Translations under genes and position numbers: made by a program | Notes under the pieces: model-generated | The model's input: only the letters and a program-made list of their open reading frames with translations | What the model was told of the DNA's origin: nothing | Databases searched by the model: none | Shown: piece after piece, positions 1-8,627 of the stretch | Layout of the letters: every line of letters begins with the position of its first letter | How positions within the stretch are numbered: the stretch's first letter is position 1 | From: a virus | Length of the DNA: 64,000 bases | Virus record (IMG/VR): IMGVR_UViG_3300002461_000401 | Location: 1-64,000 of that record | Strand: one strand, 5' to 3'

Positions 1-3000
1 CCTCGTCGATCGTGTCGAGGGGACCATGCACACCGTCGAAGATGGCCAGACTGCGCTTGAAGTGTCCCGTGAGGAGTGCCGCCTGAATGGCCCGACCGTC
101 ACCGAACCCGATGTTCAGACTGGGCATGGCAGCCACACCAGCCTGACCCGGGCCATAGCTGTACGCCGGCGTGCTCTGACGCTCGGAGAGATCCGTCGAG
201 AACTTCAGGTCCTTGGCTTCAGCCTTGATCGTGCCGGCCGGGAAGAAGGTCTGGTGCTGAGTCTGGATCAGAGGAGCCAGGTACTCAAGGCTGGCCAGCA
301 GCTCACGTTGCTCGTCGGCCGAAAGGTAGCTGTCCGCGGTGCGTGTGGGGTCCTTCGCTTTCAGCTCAGCGAGCTTGGCTTCCTTGGCGCGCTCATAGGC
401 CGCTTCCAGGAACACAGACTGAGCCTGGGTCGCGTTGATGATCAGCTTGCCGCTCTCGAAGACCGACTCACCCAGAGCCTGGCGGATAGCCCGAGCCATG
501 GGATCCACGAAGAGCAACAGGATGTTCTGCTTCATGTTGGTCAGCTGACCGCGAGACAGGGTGAACTGGTCGGGCCCGAGCTTGGACTTCGGCTGGGGAA
601 CGTCCTTGGTCCACATCCCGTTCTTGCCGTTGTTGACCACCGTGTTGGTCAGCTTGTCGAAGGCCTTGAAGAAGCGATCGAACAATCGGCCGGCTTCCTC
701 ATCGCTCTCCGTCAGGTTGGCGAAGAAGGACGTGCGGAAGTCTGAACCAGGAAGAGCAGCCTGGCGCTCGGTCACGTTGGACATGCGCTCGTAGATCGTG
801 TCAGCGATCACACCGACCAGCTTCTCCGCAATGCCGGCGTTGCCCGAACCGTAGATCGAGATCGTCATGGGATTCTTCATGACGCCGCGGCCGATGACCA
901 GCTCCTGCGTGCTCTCATCGAAGGTTATGTCGCCCTTGGGGAACATCATCTCGAGCAGGATCGCCATCTGGTCGAACACTTCCAGCACGGCCTTGGCTCG
1001 GAAGACTTCCTTCTTCTCAGAGCTCTTGGTGCCGGCGACCAGACCGTCACGGACTTCCTTGAGTAGCTTCGAGAAGGCTTCCTGGCCTTCCTTGTACATA
1101 TCAGCGCCGTCCACTCCCCGCTGCTCATTCATGGTGCTCGGACCATTCACGATCAGGAAGCGCCCACCCTTGGCCATGTTCTTGAGCTGGGGGCCCGTGA
1201 ACTCACCCGTGGTCATCAGGTTGATGGCGTTGATCACACCGTTGGTGACGCCGTCGGCTTCCAGAGACAGGCTCGTGCGGAACTCTTTCAGGCCGGCCTC
1301 GTTCTCTTCCATGTTGGCTCGACGGGCGAACTCCATGACAGCGTGCAGAGCCACAGGTGTGAGCTCCACCTTGGCTGCCGCGAAGCCATCCTTGATCTGA
1401 ACCACTGCGCTCACCGGCAGCTTCTTCGTCTCCAGGAAGGACTGGAAGAGCTCGACCACCGGGGCCAAGGACTCCAGGACCTGCTCGGTCTTATCGCTTG
1501 CCGCGGCGTAGGGCATCTGATGCACCTTCACGCCCAGGGCCTGTCCGAGAGCCAGCTGAAAGCCACGGATGTGATCCGGGTTGCTGACCAGATCGAGCGT
1601 GCTCCACGTCGAAGTCAGAGCCTCGCGCATGTACTTGCTGGCCTGCGGCGTGAACCGACCCAGCATCTGCAGGCGACCCACCTTCGAGACGTTGAAGGCG
1701 TAGTTGACCCCGATCTCGGCGACGTCCTTGCCCAGGCTGGCAGCGACGTTGCGGATCTCTTCCATCATGGTCATGAGCTGGATGTGCGCCGACTGGATGG
1801 AGAGGTTCTTCCCCTTCATCGACATCTCATGGTTCTTGTTCAGCTTCCGGCCGGCGAGGTCCCCAAAGCCGAAGAGCTCAACGGCACCCATCTCATCAAT
1901 GGCCGTAAACAGCTCGACCATCGGCAGGTTCGGCTTGAACTCAACCTCGCTGTGCGCCTTGATCTGAGCCCGATCGTCCGGAGTGTTCGGGACCATGGGG
2001 TTGTTCATCTGGTGCGTCGCCACAGGCGGCTTGTCACCCAGCGCCGGGAAGAAGGTCACATCCTTCGGCGTGGTGAGAACCACGCGCTCGATCAGGCTAA
2101 GATCCTGAGAGAGCGGATTCTCCTTGGGGTTCTGACCCTCCTCGACCAAGGCCGGGAAGGTGAAGCGCGGGTAGCTGGTGGTCTTGGCTCCAATAAGCTT
2201 CTGCGCCGCGGCAAGCTCAGCCCGGGTATTCAGGACCTCCGACGTCTCGCCATTGACCTCCTGCTCAATGAGCATTGAAGCCAACTGAGTGCTGTCTTTC
2301 TTCGCCACAGTCGGGTCAGAGTTCTCCACAACCACCATCGTCACCGTGGACGGCGTGATCATGTCGTTCTCGACCATGGCTCGGATGAGCTCCTTGGCCA
2401 CCGCCTCAGGGATGCCCTTCACCAGGGCATCGTCTGCAGAGCTCACCCCACGCACGCCCCAGTAGCTCGAGATCTTGTCAGCGAGTTGGCGTGTGGCATC
2501 AGCGGCACCGACCGTGGTGTTCAGCCAGTTGGTGACCCCACCCAGGCCGGCAACCTGATCCTCTGGCAGACCCAGCATCTCGGACAGAGCCTCATTGTCC
2601 ATCCAGCCACTGCCCGTCTGCTGGCCAGTGAGCAGCCACTGCATGCCGGCGAGAACCGCAGCTTCCATCAGCTCCTGGTTCAGCTTCAGACCATCGCCGA
2701 CCTGATCAGCGACGTTCAACACCTTCATGTTGTAGTAGGACGTGAAGCGCGGATCGGCTTCGAGCTTCGAGAGGTCGCCCTTGAACCGCTTCTGCAGGAA
2801 AGCCTGGAAGTTCTTCTCCATGGTTCGGAGGAGCTTCGAAGCGTCCTTGAGATGCGCTTGGTAGGCTTCGGCCGTCTCCTTGGTCAGCTTGCGGCGGTTG
2901 CCCTTGCCGTCCAGGAACTTGGCCAGGAACTTGGCCAGGGACTCCGGCGAAGACAGCGCCTGGAGGATGACAGCCAGGGGAGACTTCACGCCGGCGACAC

Positions 3001-5989
3001 GGCTGAGCTGCTCCTTCGGAAGCTTGAAGGCCTTCTTGAACTGGTTGACGATCTTGCTGCCTTCGGCGGAACCAAGGAGGTCAGGGAACGCCGTGTCGAT
3101 CGAGATCTTCGGCTCCTCTTCGGCCTTGGGTTCGCTCTTGGCTGCCTTCTCGGCGTCTTCACGCGCAAAGCGAGCGTCAGCCTCGGCATTCTCAGCCAGG
3201 ATCGCCTCTTGCTCGGCCTTGTCGATGGCCGCAGCTTCCTCATCCGAGACGGTCGAAGCAGCTGGCTTGTTCGCGGTTGTCTCTGCCGGAACATCCTTCT
3301 TGGGCTCCGTCTTCGGGGCAGCAGATTCCTCTGTGGTCTCGGAAGCCTTGGGCTTCGCGCCATTAGTCCGCTTGCCGGCCTTGAACTCGGCAGCCACCGC
3401 TTCAGGCTTCCCATCCAGACGGGGATCCAAAAAAACGGGTGTGGCCTTCTTCGCACCGAGATCAGGGAAGCCGTCGATCAGCCCGTTGTAGATCTCGACC
3501 AGGCGCTGAGCCTCGAGGGCTGTGAGCTGGGCCTGTTCGATGGACTTCGGGTTGGTAGGGTGAACGCCATGGCCGGCCTTGTTCGTGTACCAAGCGCCGA
3601 CGCCAGGCCGCTTGTTGTAGAGGCTGAGCGCCTGATAGGGGACGTTGGGGCCACCACCCTGCTCGAAGTGCTGGTTGTAGGCCTTGACCTTGTTCTGCAT
3701 GTGCCGAACCAGGAAGCCGAGTGTCCGCAGCTCCCGCTTGGCTCCAGTCACATCACCTGCGCGGAAGGCATTGGCGATCGCTTGGGCCTGGCTCAGGGCC
3801 GAGACCTTGGTGCCCTTCTTGTCGCTGGACAGGATCTCCTTCGAGATGCGACCAATCTGCTTGTTGTGACCAAGGCGAGCCTGTTCCTCGATCGTCTTCT
3901 GCTCTGCGTCGAGAAGAGCCTTCACAGCCAGCAGTGAGTTGCGCTGAGCCGGGGTGATCCGCAGCTTGGGCGCATCCCCAACCGAGTGAGCCAGCATCTG
4001 GGTGACGGTCTTGAGGTTGGCTCCCTCAGGGCTCACGATTGCCGCGGCCGCAGCTACCTGAGCTGCACGCTGACCTTCGGCTGTCTCGAGAGACGCCGGC
4101 GTCACATCCTGGGTGAGCTCGCCCTTCTCCTGCGCCTGGGTCAGAGCCTGCTCGGCCTGGCGCATGGCCTTGATGTAGCCAGGGCTCTTCTGCGACAGGA
4201 CCGAGGCATTCACGAACCGATCGACGAGGTCCTTGCCTGGGGTTCCGTCCGCCAGCTCAGGACGGATCACACCCATGCTGGCCACACCGTCTTGAACCAG
4301 AGTCATGACCTGGGCCGCGTAGAGGATGTCCTCCTTCGGAACCCCCTGGGTCTCACCCGTCTCGATCAGGTTGGAGAGCCGGCCGACCAGGTCGATCTTG
4401 TCGGTGGCAGTCTCAGCCGCTGCCAGCACAGAAGCCGGCGCACCGAAGTTCACGAGGTCCTGGTGGTTATAGACCAGGGCTTCCTTGACCTGATCCACGA
4501 AGGCATTGCCCTGGGCCTGGACTTCAGGAGTGGCATCCGGAGCTTCGTTGATGGCCTGGCGAACAGCCTGTTCAGCTTCGGGAGTCTGGACCTGAGCGAC
4601 AGCCTCTTGGACCGCGGAGCGGGCGTTGTCGTTGGACACCGGCGAAGCAGCATCATTGGCTGCACGGACAGCGTCAGCCCGCTCACCGATGCGGTCGATC
4701 GCACCCACGGCGACACCAGCTGCACCACGCGCGGCCGCACTCAGAACCCGGGCCGCAGTGCCAGGAGCCTGCATGGTTCCAGCAGCGCCGAAGCCACCCA
4801 GAGCACCCAGACCGATCTGCTCACCCACACCCTGACGCAGGGTCCGATTGGAATCAGCCACCTGGTTGGTCGCGGCATTCTGAGCCACGGCACCTGCACC
4901 ACCCTGCAGAGCCTCTTCGAGAGTCTCCTTGCCGATGTTGGCCAGACTACCCATCAGGTTGGGCACACGCATGGGGTTCATCTGGAACTGGTTCACGAGC
5001 CGGCCGGCCGCCAAAGCAGCAGGAGCCGTCAGACCAGCAGCGAGAACACCAGCCCGATTGGCGACAGCCGTCCGAGCTTCCTCATGGCTGAAGTCCTGGG
5101 CCCGGAGATCGCGGTATTCCTGGGAGCCAGCACGAAGAGCTTCCTCGCTCATCCCAGCCACTTCGGAGGCAGTCTGCTGGTACCCACCGGCAGCTTCCGT
5201 CGCACCGATGCCCAGAGTGCCGGCGTTGCGCGCAATCACAGGAGCTGCCCGGCCGGCGACCTGAATACCCTTGCCGACCACACCAGCAGCACCGAACGAG
5301 CCGACGGCATTGGCGATGATGCTGGCTGCAACCGTCGGATCGGACAGAGCACTGCCCATCGTGTTGACAGCTTCACGGCCGATGAACTGGAGGTTCGCGT
5401 TCAGACCACCTTCAGTCGGAAGATCCCGAGCGAAGGTCTGCTCATTGTCCCGGGTGTTGAGCTCGTTCCGGCCGGCGAAGGCATCACGACGCTCTTGCAG
5501 ATCAGGAGACTGCGCGCCCTGGAGGAGATCCGTGCCAGCCTGGACACCCTGAGCCACCGCCACACCAGCAGCTGGATTGGCCAGGCCAGCACCGAAGGCA
5601 GCAATGCCACCGAGGCCACTGAACAGGCCCGAACCCACGTCGATCGCCGTGTCACGAATGGCCTGGCCAGGAGTGCGCTCACCAGAGACCGAGGCGCTGT
5701 AGTTGTTCGCCGCGGTGGAGAGGTTGGCGAGCATGGCTGCAGCCTGCTCAGGCGGATAGGCTTGGCGGATCTCGTCAGGCGTCATCCGCGCGAGATCTTG
5801 CTCAACAGCAGAAGAAGAGGCCAGACCCGCACCAGTAGCGCGAGTAATGCCTACATTGCGGAAGTTGATCCCGCTGAGTTGCTGTTGAATGTCAGTCGAA
5901 GCGGCCTGAACTTCTGCCCGCTTTTCTTCACTCACCGAAGGTGCAGTAGAAGCAGCTTCACGAAGCAGATCAACGGCGCTGGACGACAT
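1..5989 (-). CDS. virion-encapsidated RNA polymerase (N4 gp50-like vRNAP), first ~1996 codons; 3' end lies beyond the window start
   Basis: Not in the ORF track (no stop in window). My reverse-strand translation from ATG 5989-5987 stays open to nt 2. T7-like RNAP motifs: LEADGVTNG (motif A, ~1230-1270), GRGVMKNPMTISIYGSG (motif B, ~845-895), IFDGVHG (motif C-like, ~20-45). Confidence 0.88.
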   Translation of the reverse strand, partial: MSSSAVDLLREAASTAPSVSEEKRAEVQAASTDIQQQLSGINFRNVGITRATGAGLASSSAVEQDLARMTPDEIRQAYPPEQAAAMLANLSTAANNYSASVSGERTPGQAIRDTAIDVGSGLFSGLGGIAAFGAGLANPAAGVAVAQGVQAGTDLLQGAQSPDLQERRDAFAGRNELNTRDNEQTFARDLPTEGGLNANLQFIGREAVNTMGSALSDPTVAASIIANAVGSFGAAGVVGKGIQVAGRAAPVIARNAGTLGIGATEAAGGYQQTASEVAGMSEEALRAGSQEYRDLRAQDFSHEEARTAVANRAGVLAAGLTAPAALAAGRLVNQFQMNPMRVPNLMGSLANIGKETLEEALQGGAGAVAQNAATNQVADSNRTLRQGVGEQIGLGALGGFGAAGTMQAPGTAARVLSAAARGAAGVAVGAIDRIGERADAVRAANDAASPVSNDNARSAVQEAVAQVQTPEAEQAVRQAINEAPDATPEVQAQGNAFVDQVKEALVYNHQDLVNFGAPASVLAAAETATDKIDLVGRLSNLIETGETQGVPKEDILYAAQVMTLVQDGVASMGVIRPELADGTPGKDLVDRFVNASVLSQKSPGYIKAMRQAEQALTQAQEKGELTQDVTPASLETAEGQRAAQVAAAAAIVSPEGANLKTVTQMLAHSVGDAPKLRITPAQRNSLLAVKALLDAEQKTIEEQARLGHNKQIGRISKEILSSDKKGTKVSALSQAQAIANAFRAGDVTGAKRELRTLGFLVRHMQNKVKAYNQHFEQGGGPNVPYQALSLYNKRPGVGAWYTNKAGHGVHPTNPKSIEQAQLTALEAQRLVEIYNGLIDGFPDLGAKKATPVFLDPRLDGKPEAVAAEFKAGKRTNGAKPKASETTEESAAPKTEPKKDVPAETTANKPAASTVSDEEAAAIDKAEQEAILAENAEADARFAREDAEKAAKSEPKAEEEPKISIDTAFPDLLGSAEGSKIVNQFKKAFKLPKEQLSRVAGVKSPLAVILQALSSPESLAKFLAKFLDGKGNRRKLTKETAEAYQAHLKDASKLLRTMEKNFQAFLQKRFKGDLSKLEADPRFTSYYNMKVLNVADQVGDGLKLNQELMEAAVLAGMQWLLTGQQTGSGWMDNEALSEMLGLPEDQVAGLGGVTNWLNTTVGAADATRQLADKISSYWGVRGVSSADDALVKGIPEAVAKELIRAMVENDMITPSTVTMVVVENSDPTVAKKDSTQLASMLIEQEVNGETSEVLNTRAELAAAQKLIGAKTTSYPRFTFPALVEEGQNPKENPLSQDLSLIERVVLTTPKDVTFFPALGDKPPVATHQMNNPMVPNTPDDRAQIKAHSEVEFKPNLPMVELFTAIDEMGAVELFGFGDLAGRKLNKNHEMSMKGKNLSIQSAHIQLMTMMEEIRNVAASLGKDVAEIGVNYAFNVSKVGRLQMLGRFTPQASKYMREALTSTWSTLDLVSNPDHIRGFQLALGQALGVKVHQMPYAAASDKTEQVLESLAPVVELFQSFLETKKLPVSAVVQIKDGFAAAKVELTPVALHAVMEFARRANMEENEAGLKEFRTSLSLEADGVTNGVINAINLMTTGEFTGPQLKNMAKGGRFLIVNGPSTMNEQRGVDGADMYKEGQEAFSKLLKEVRDGLVAGTKSSEKKEVFRAKAVLEVFDQMAILLEMMFPKGDITFDESTQELVIGRGVMKNPMTISIYGSGNAGIAEKLVGVIADTIYERMSNVTERQAALPGSDFRTSFFANLTESDEEAGRLFDRFFKAFDKLTNTVVNNGKNGMWTKDVPQPKSKLGPDQFTLSRGQLTNMKQNILLLFVDPMARAIRQALGESVFESGKLIINATQAQSVFLEAAYERAKEAKLAELKAKDPTRTADSYLSADEQRELLASLEYLAPLIQTQHQTFFPAGTIKAEAKDLKFSTDLSERQSTPAYSYGPGQAGVAAMPSLNIGFGDGRAIQAALLTGHFKRSLAIFDGVHGPLDTIDE

Positions 5990-6039
5990 GAGAGCCTCGG
6001 TACAGTAAGGGTTGCCGGGGCAACTTACTGGCCGGGTCT

Positions 6040-6071
6040 ATCAAACAGAAGGACAGAGAGCCTCTCTGTCC
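6040..6071 (-). terminator. hairpin GGACAGAGA-ggc-TCTCTGTCC followed by TTCTGTTTG on the minus strand
   Basis: 9-bp perfect stem (6051-6059 / 6063-6071) with a 3-nt loop, just downstream of the stop of the 6108..8111 gene, then a T-rich tract. Confidence 0.45.
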
Positions 6072-6107
6072 CTCCTATTCGTCTCAGTACTTGATTCTTC
6101 CTACAGC

Positions 6108-8111
6108 TTAATTTGCAGGACGACGGGCCCGTTCCACCACACCTTGGATCAGTGCCGGACCCATGGTGAGAGCAGCGATGCCTGAGTTGCGAACAGGAGT
6201 CGTCCCATTCGCAGGAGCCGCAGCTGCGGGAGGCGAGATCTGCCGAGGCGGTTCATTGGCAGGACCCAAGGCAGCACGCATAGCTCGTTCGAGCTCTTCA
6301 CGCCGGCGATTGTAGATCCGCTCCTCGTAGCGAACCGAGCTTGCTGCACCTGGATCCACAGCAGCACGTTCACGAGCACGCTGCAGGCTGGAAGCAGCCA
6401 GGGCCAAAGCCTCATCAGCAGCACGCAGGTTCGTGCGAACCTCATCCCGCTTGCTGATGGCACGAGCTGTCTCACCCTGCATGCCCTGGCGAATGAGCCT
6501 GATGTTCTCATCCAGTGCAGCCTCACGGCGGGTGATGTTGTTTTCCCAGCCAGTCCCGTTCAGGAACTGGGGAACCCAGCTTCCGCGAGAGAGCATCCCG
6601 TGCTCGAGAAGCAGCTGAGCAGCCACCGCGTAGTTGCGAGGCAGACCATTCTGGGCCAGGCGATCGGCCACCTCACGAAGCTGAGGCAGAACCACGTCCT
6701 CAGGCAGACTGGCGAAGCGAGCATCGCGTCCGCGCAGCGTTGCCAGAGCCGTCGAGACATCACCGGGATTCTCCATCGCAGCCGCATAGCGAGAGGCGAC
6801 ACCGGCCGTCTGATCCAGCTCCTGACGACGTGTGACCCGATCCAGGAGATCCTGAACCTGAGTGCGGTCCTGAACCGTGCGCTGGGTGATTGCCTCCGGC
6901 GTCTGGAGATCTTCCGCACGAACCGACCCTTCCGTCCGAGCCACAGTCGCACCAGGCGCGGAGCCAGAGAGAGGAGCTTGGGGCGCAGCCGGAGCCTGAC
7001 CAGGCGCAACTGTCGGAGTGGCCGCAGCAGCGTTCGCAGTGGGTGCGCTTGTCGGGTTCACCCGGCCGCTGGCAGGAGCAATCTGTCCACGAGCCGCATG
7101 CCACGGGTTCTCGATCATCCGCGGATTGCTCTGCGGGTTCTCGGGACGGTTCGGGTTGAAGTCCGGGTTCGGAATGACCGGGCCGGCATTCTCCGGACGG
7201 TTGGCATAGGGCACGTTGGCAGGCAGAGCAGCAGGAAGACGAGCCACGGAAGCCGCAGCAGCTTGCTCCGGTGTGCCGTCGATCACAGCGTCACGAAGGG
7301 CTACGAGAGCAGCGTTGCGCCCATATCGAACAGGGACAGGCGCAGCTGTACGCTCTGGACCCAAGGTGGCCAGGGCATCCGTAAACTCAGGGCTCGAACG
7401 AAGAGCACCCGGGTTCATGCCAGGCCAACGCGCAGCAAGCTGAGCCTCAGCCAGAGCACGAGCTCCGTCGGAGAGATCCATGCGCTGAAGACGAGCCAGG
7501 GCCACGACAGGGTTGGTCGCATCATCGAGGGACAGCACAGCAGCTCGAGCGGAGCGGGTGTCGCCCTCACCTTCGCGGCGGTTGTTCAAACCATCTGTCG
7601 CATTGGCCAGGCCAACCCGAGCTGTGGCATTACTGATCAGACCACCCGCATTGTTGATGCGCCGGCCTTCCTGAATGAGGGGGAAGCTTTCCTCACTCTG
7701 ACGGAAGGACTGGTCCTGACCGCGGATCTGACCATCCATGAAGGTGATCCGGCGAGGGTCCATCTCACGGGCTGTGCTCAGAGCCTGCTGGCTCGTCGCT
7801 TGGCTCAGCAAGTTGGTGGCTCGACCGTCCAGGGCAGTTGCGGCCGCAGGGGTGAGAAGACCGCGGTTCACGCCATTGAACAGCCGACCATCAGCCTGAG
7901 CAGCGCGAAGCTCCTCAGGAGTGGTGAAGTTCAGCGAGTTGTCGATCAGCTGAGCGGCCGCAACCTCTTTGCGGGCCGTGTCGAAACGAGCGAGGGTCTC
8001 GGTCAGGCCTGTGCCAGCCCGATCGAATGCAGCGCCGGCGATACGAAGACCATCCATGGACCCACGGAGGTCAGGAGTGGCGACGTTCTGCCAGGTGATG
8101 GGGTTGGCCAC
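6108..8111 (-). CDS. virion protein, positional analog of N4 gp51 (function unknown)
   Basis: 667-aa ORF directly upstream of the vRNAP gene on the same strand. Ala/Pro-rich low-complexity centre. Backbone-like codon usage. Confidence 0.55.
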   Translation of the reverse strand: MANPITWQNVATPDLRGSMDGLRIAGAAFDRAGTGLTETLARFDTARKEVAAAQLIDNSLNFTTPEELRAAQADGRLFNGVNRGLLTPAAATALDGRATNLLSQATSQQALSTAREMDPRRITFMDGQIRGQDQSFRQSEESFPLIQEGRRINNAGGLISNATARVGLANATDGLNNRREGEGDTRSARAAVLSLDDATNPVVALARLQRMDLSDGARALAEAQLAARWPGMNPGALRSSPEFTDALATLGPERTAAPVPVRYGRNAALVALRDAVIDGTPEQAAAASVARLPAALPANVPYANRPENAGPVIPNPDFNPNRPENPQSNPRMIENPWHAARGQIAPASGRVNPTSAPTANAAAATPTVAPGQAPAAPQAPLSGSAPGATVARTEGSVRAEDLQTPEAITQRTVQDRTQVQDLLDRVTRRQELDQTAGVASRYAAAMENPGDVSTALATLRGRDARFASLPEDVVLPQLREVADRLAQNGLPRNYAVAAQLLLEHGMLSRGSWVPQFLNGTGWENNITRREAALDENIRLIRQGMQGETARAISKRDEVRTNLRAADEALALAASSLQRARERAAVDPGAASSVRYEERIYNRRREELERAMRAALGPANEPPRQISPPAAAAPANGTTPVRNSGIAALTMGPALIQGVVERARRPAN

Positions 8112-8123
8112 GGTCGTGATCCC

Positions 8124-8603
8124 TTAGCGAGTGAGCCGATTGCGGTCGATGTAGCCCTGAACCTGTTCAGCCGACTGACCCTCCATCGCGCCACGAGCAC
8201 GAGCCCGGTCTTCGATCCGGGTGTTGATCAGCTTCATCTGGTTGTTCAGGTTCGCGTTGGTGGTGCTTCGGACGAAGTCGAGCTGGTTCTTCGCCAGATC
8301 AGCCGCCTTGAGACCGGTCCAGAGATTGCCGAGGGAGGTGAGCGTTCCCACGCCGTCTTGGATCGTCGGCAGGTTGAAGCCCAGACCAGTTGCCCCGAGG
8401 CCACCTGCAACTCCACCAGTGGTCGGCATTCCGAAGCCAGCCGGCGTGTTGGGACGAGCAGCACCCCAGAGGTTGCTGAAGCTGGCCGGCGAGTAGATCG
8501 AATCAGCTCCGGTCGAGAGCAGACCGTCCACAGACTGCATGGTGGGGACGCGAGGCAATGTGCTCATCAGGCCATTTGCCGCGGCTGTAAGTGAGTCACC
8601 CAT
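8124..8603 (-). CDS. small virion protein, positional analog of N4 gp52
   Basis: 159-aa ORF, Gly-rich N-terminal half, tightly packed in the late operon. Confidence 0.5.
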   Translation of the reverse strand: MGDSLTAAANGLMSTLPRVPTMQSVDGLLSTGADSIYSPASFSNLWGAARPNTPAGFGMPTTGGVAGGLGATGLGFNLPTIQDGVGTLTSLGNLWTGLKAADLAKNQLDFVRSTTNANLNNQMKLINTRIEDRARARGAMEGQSAEQVQGYIDRNRLTR

Positions 8604-8627
8604 GAGACCCTCCTGACAAAGCTGGGA

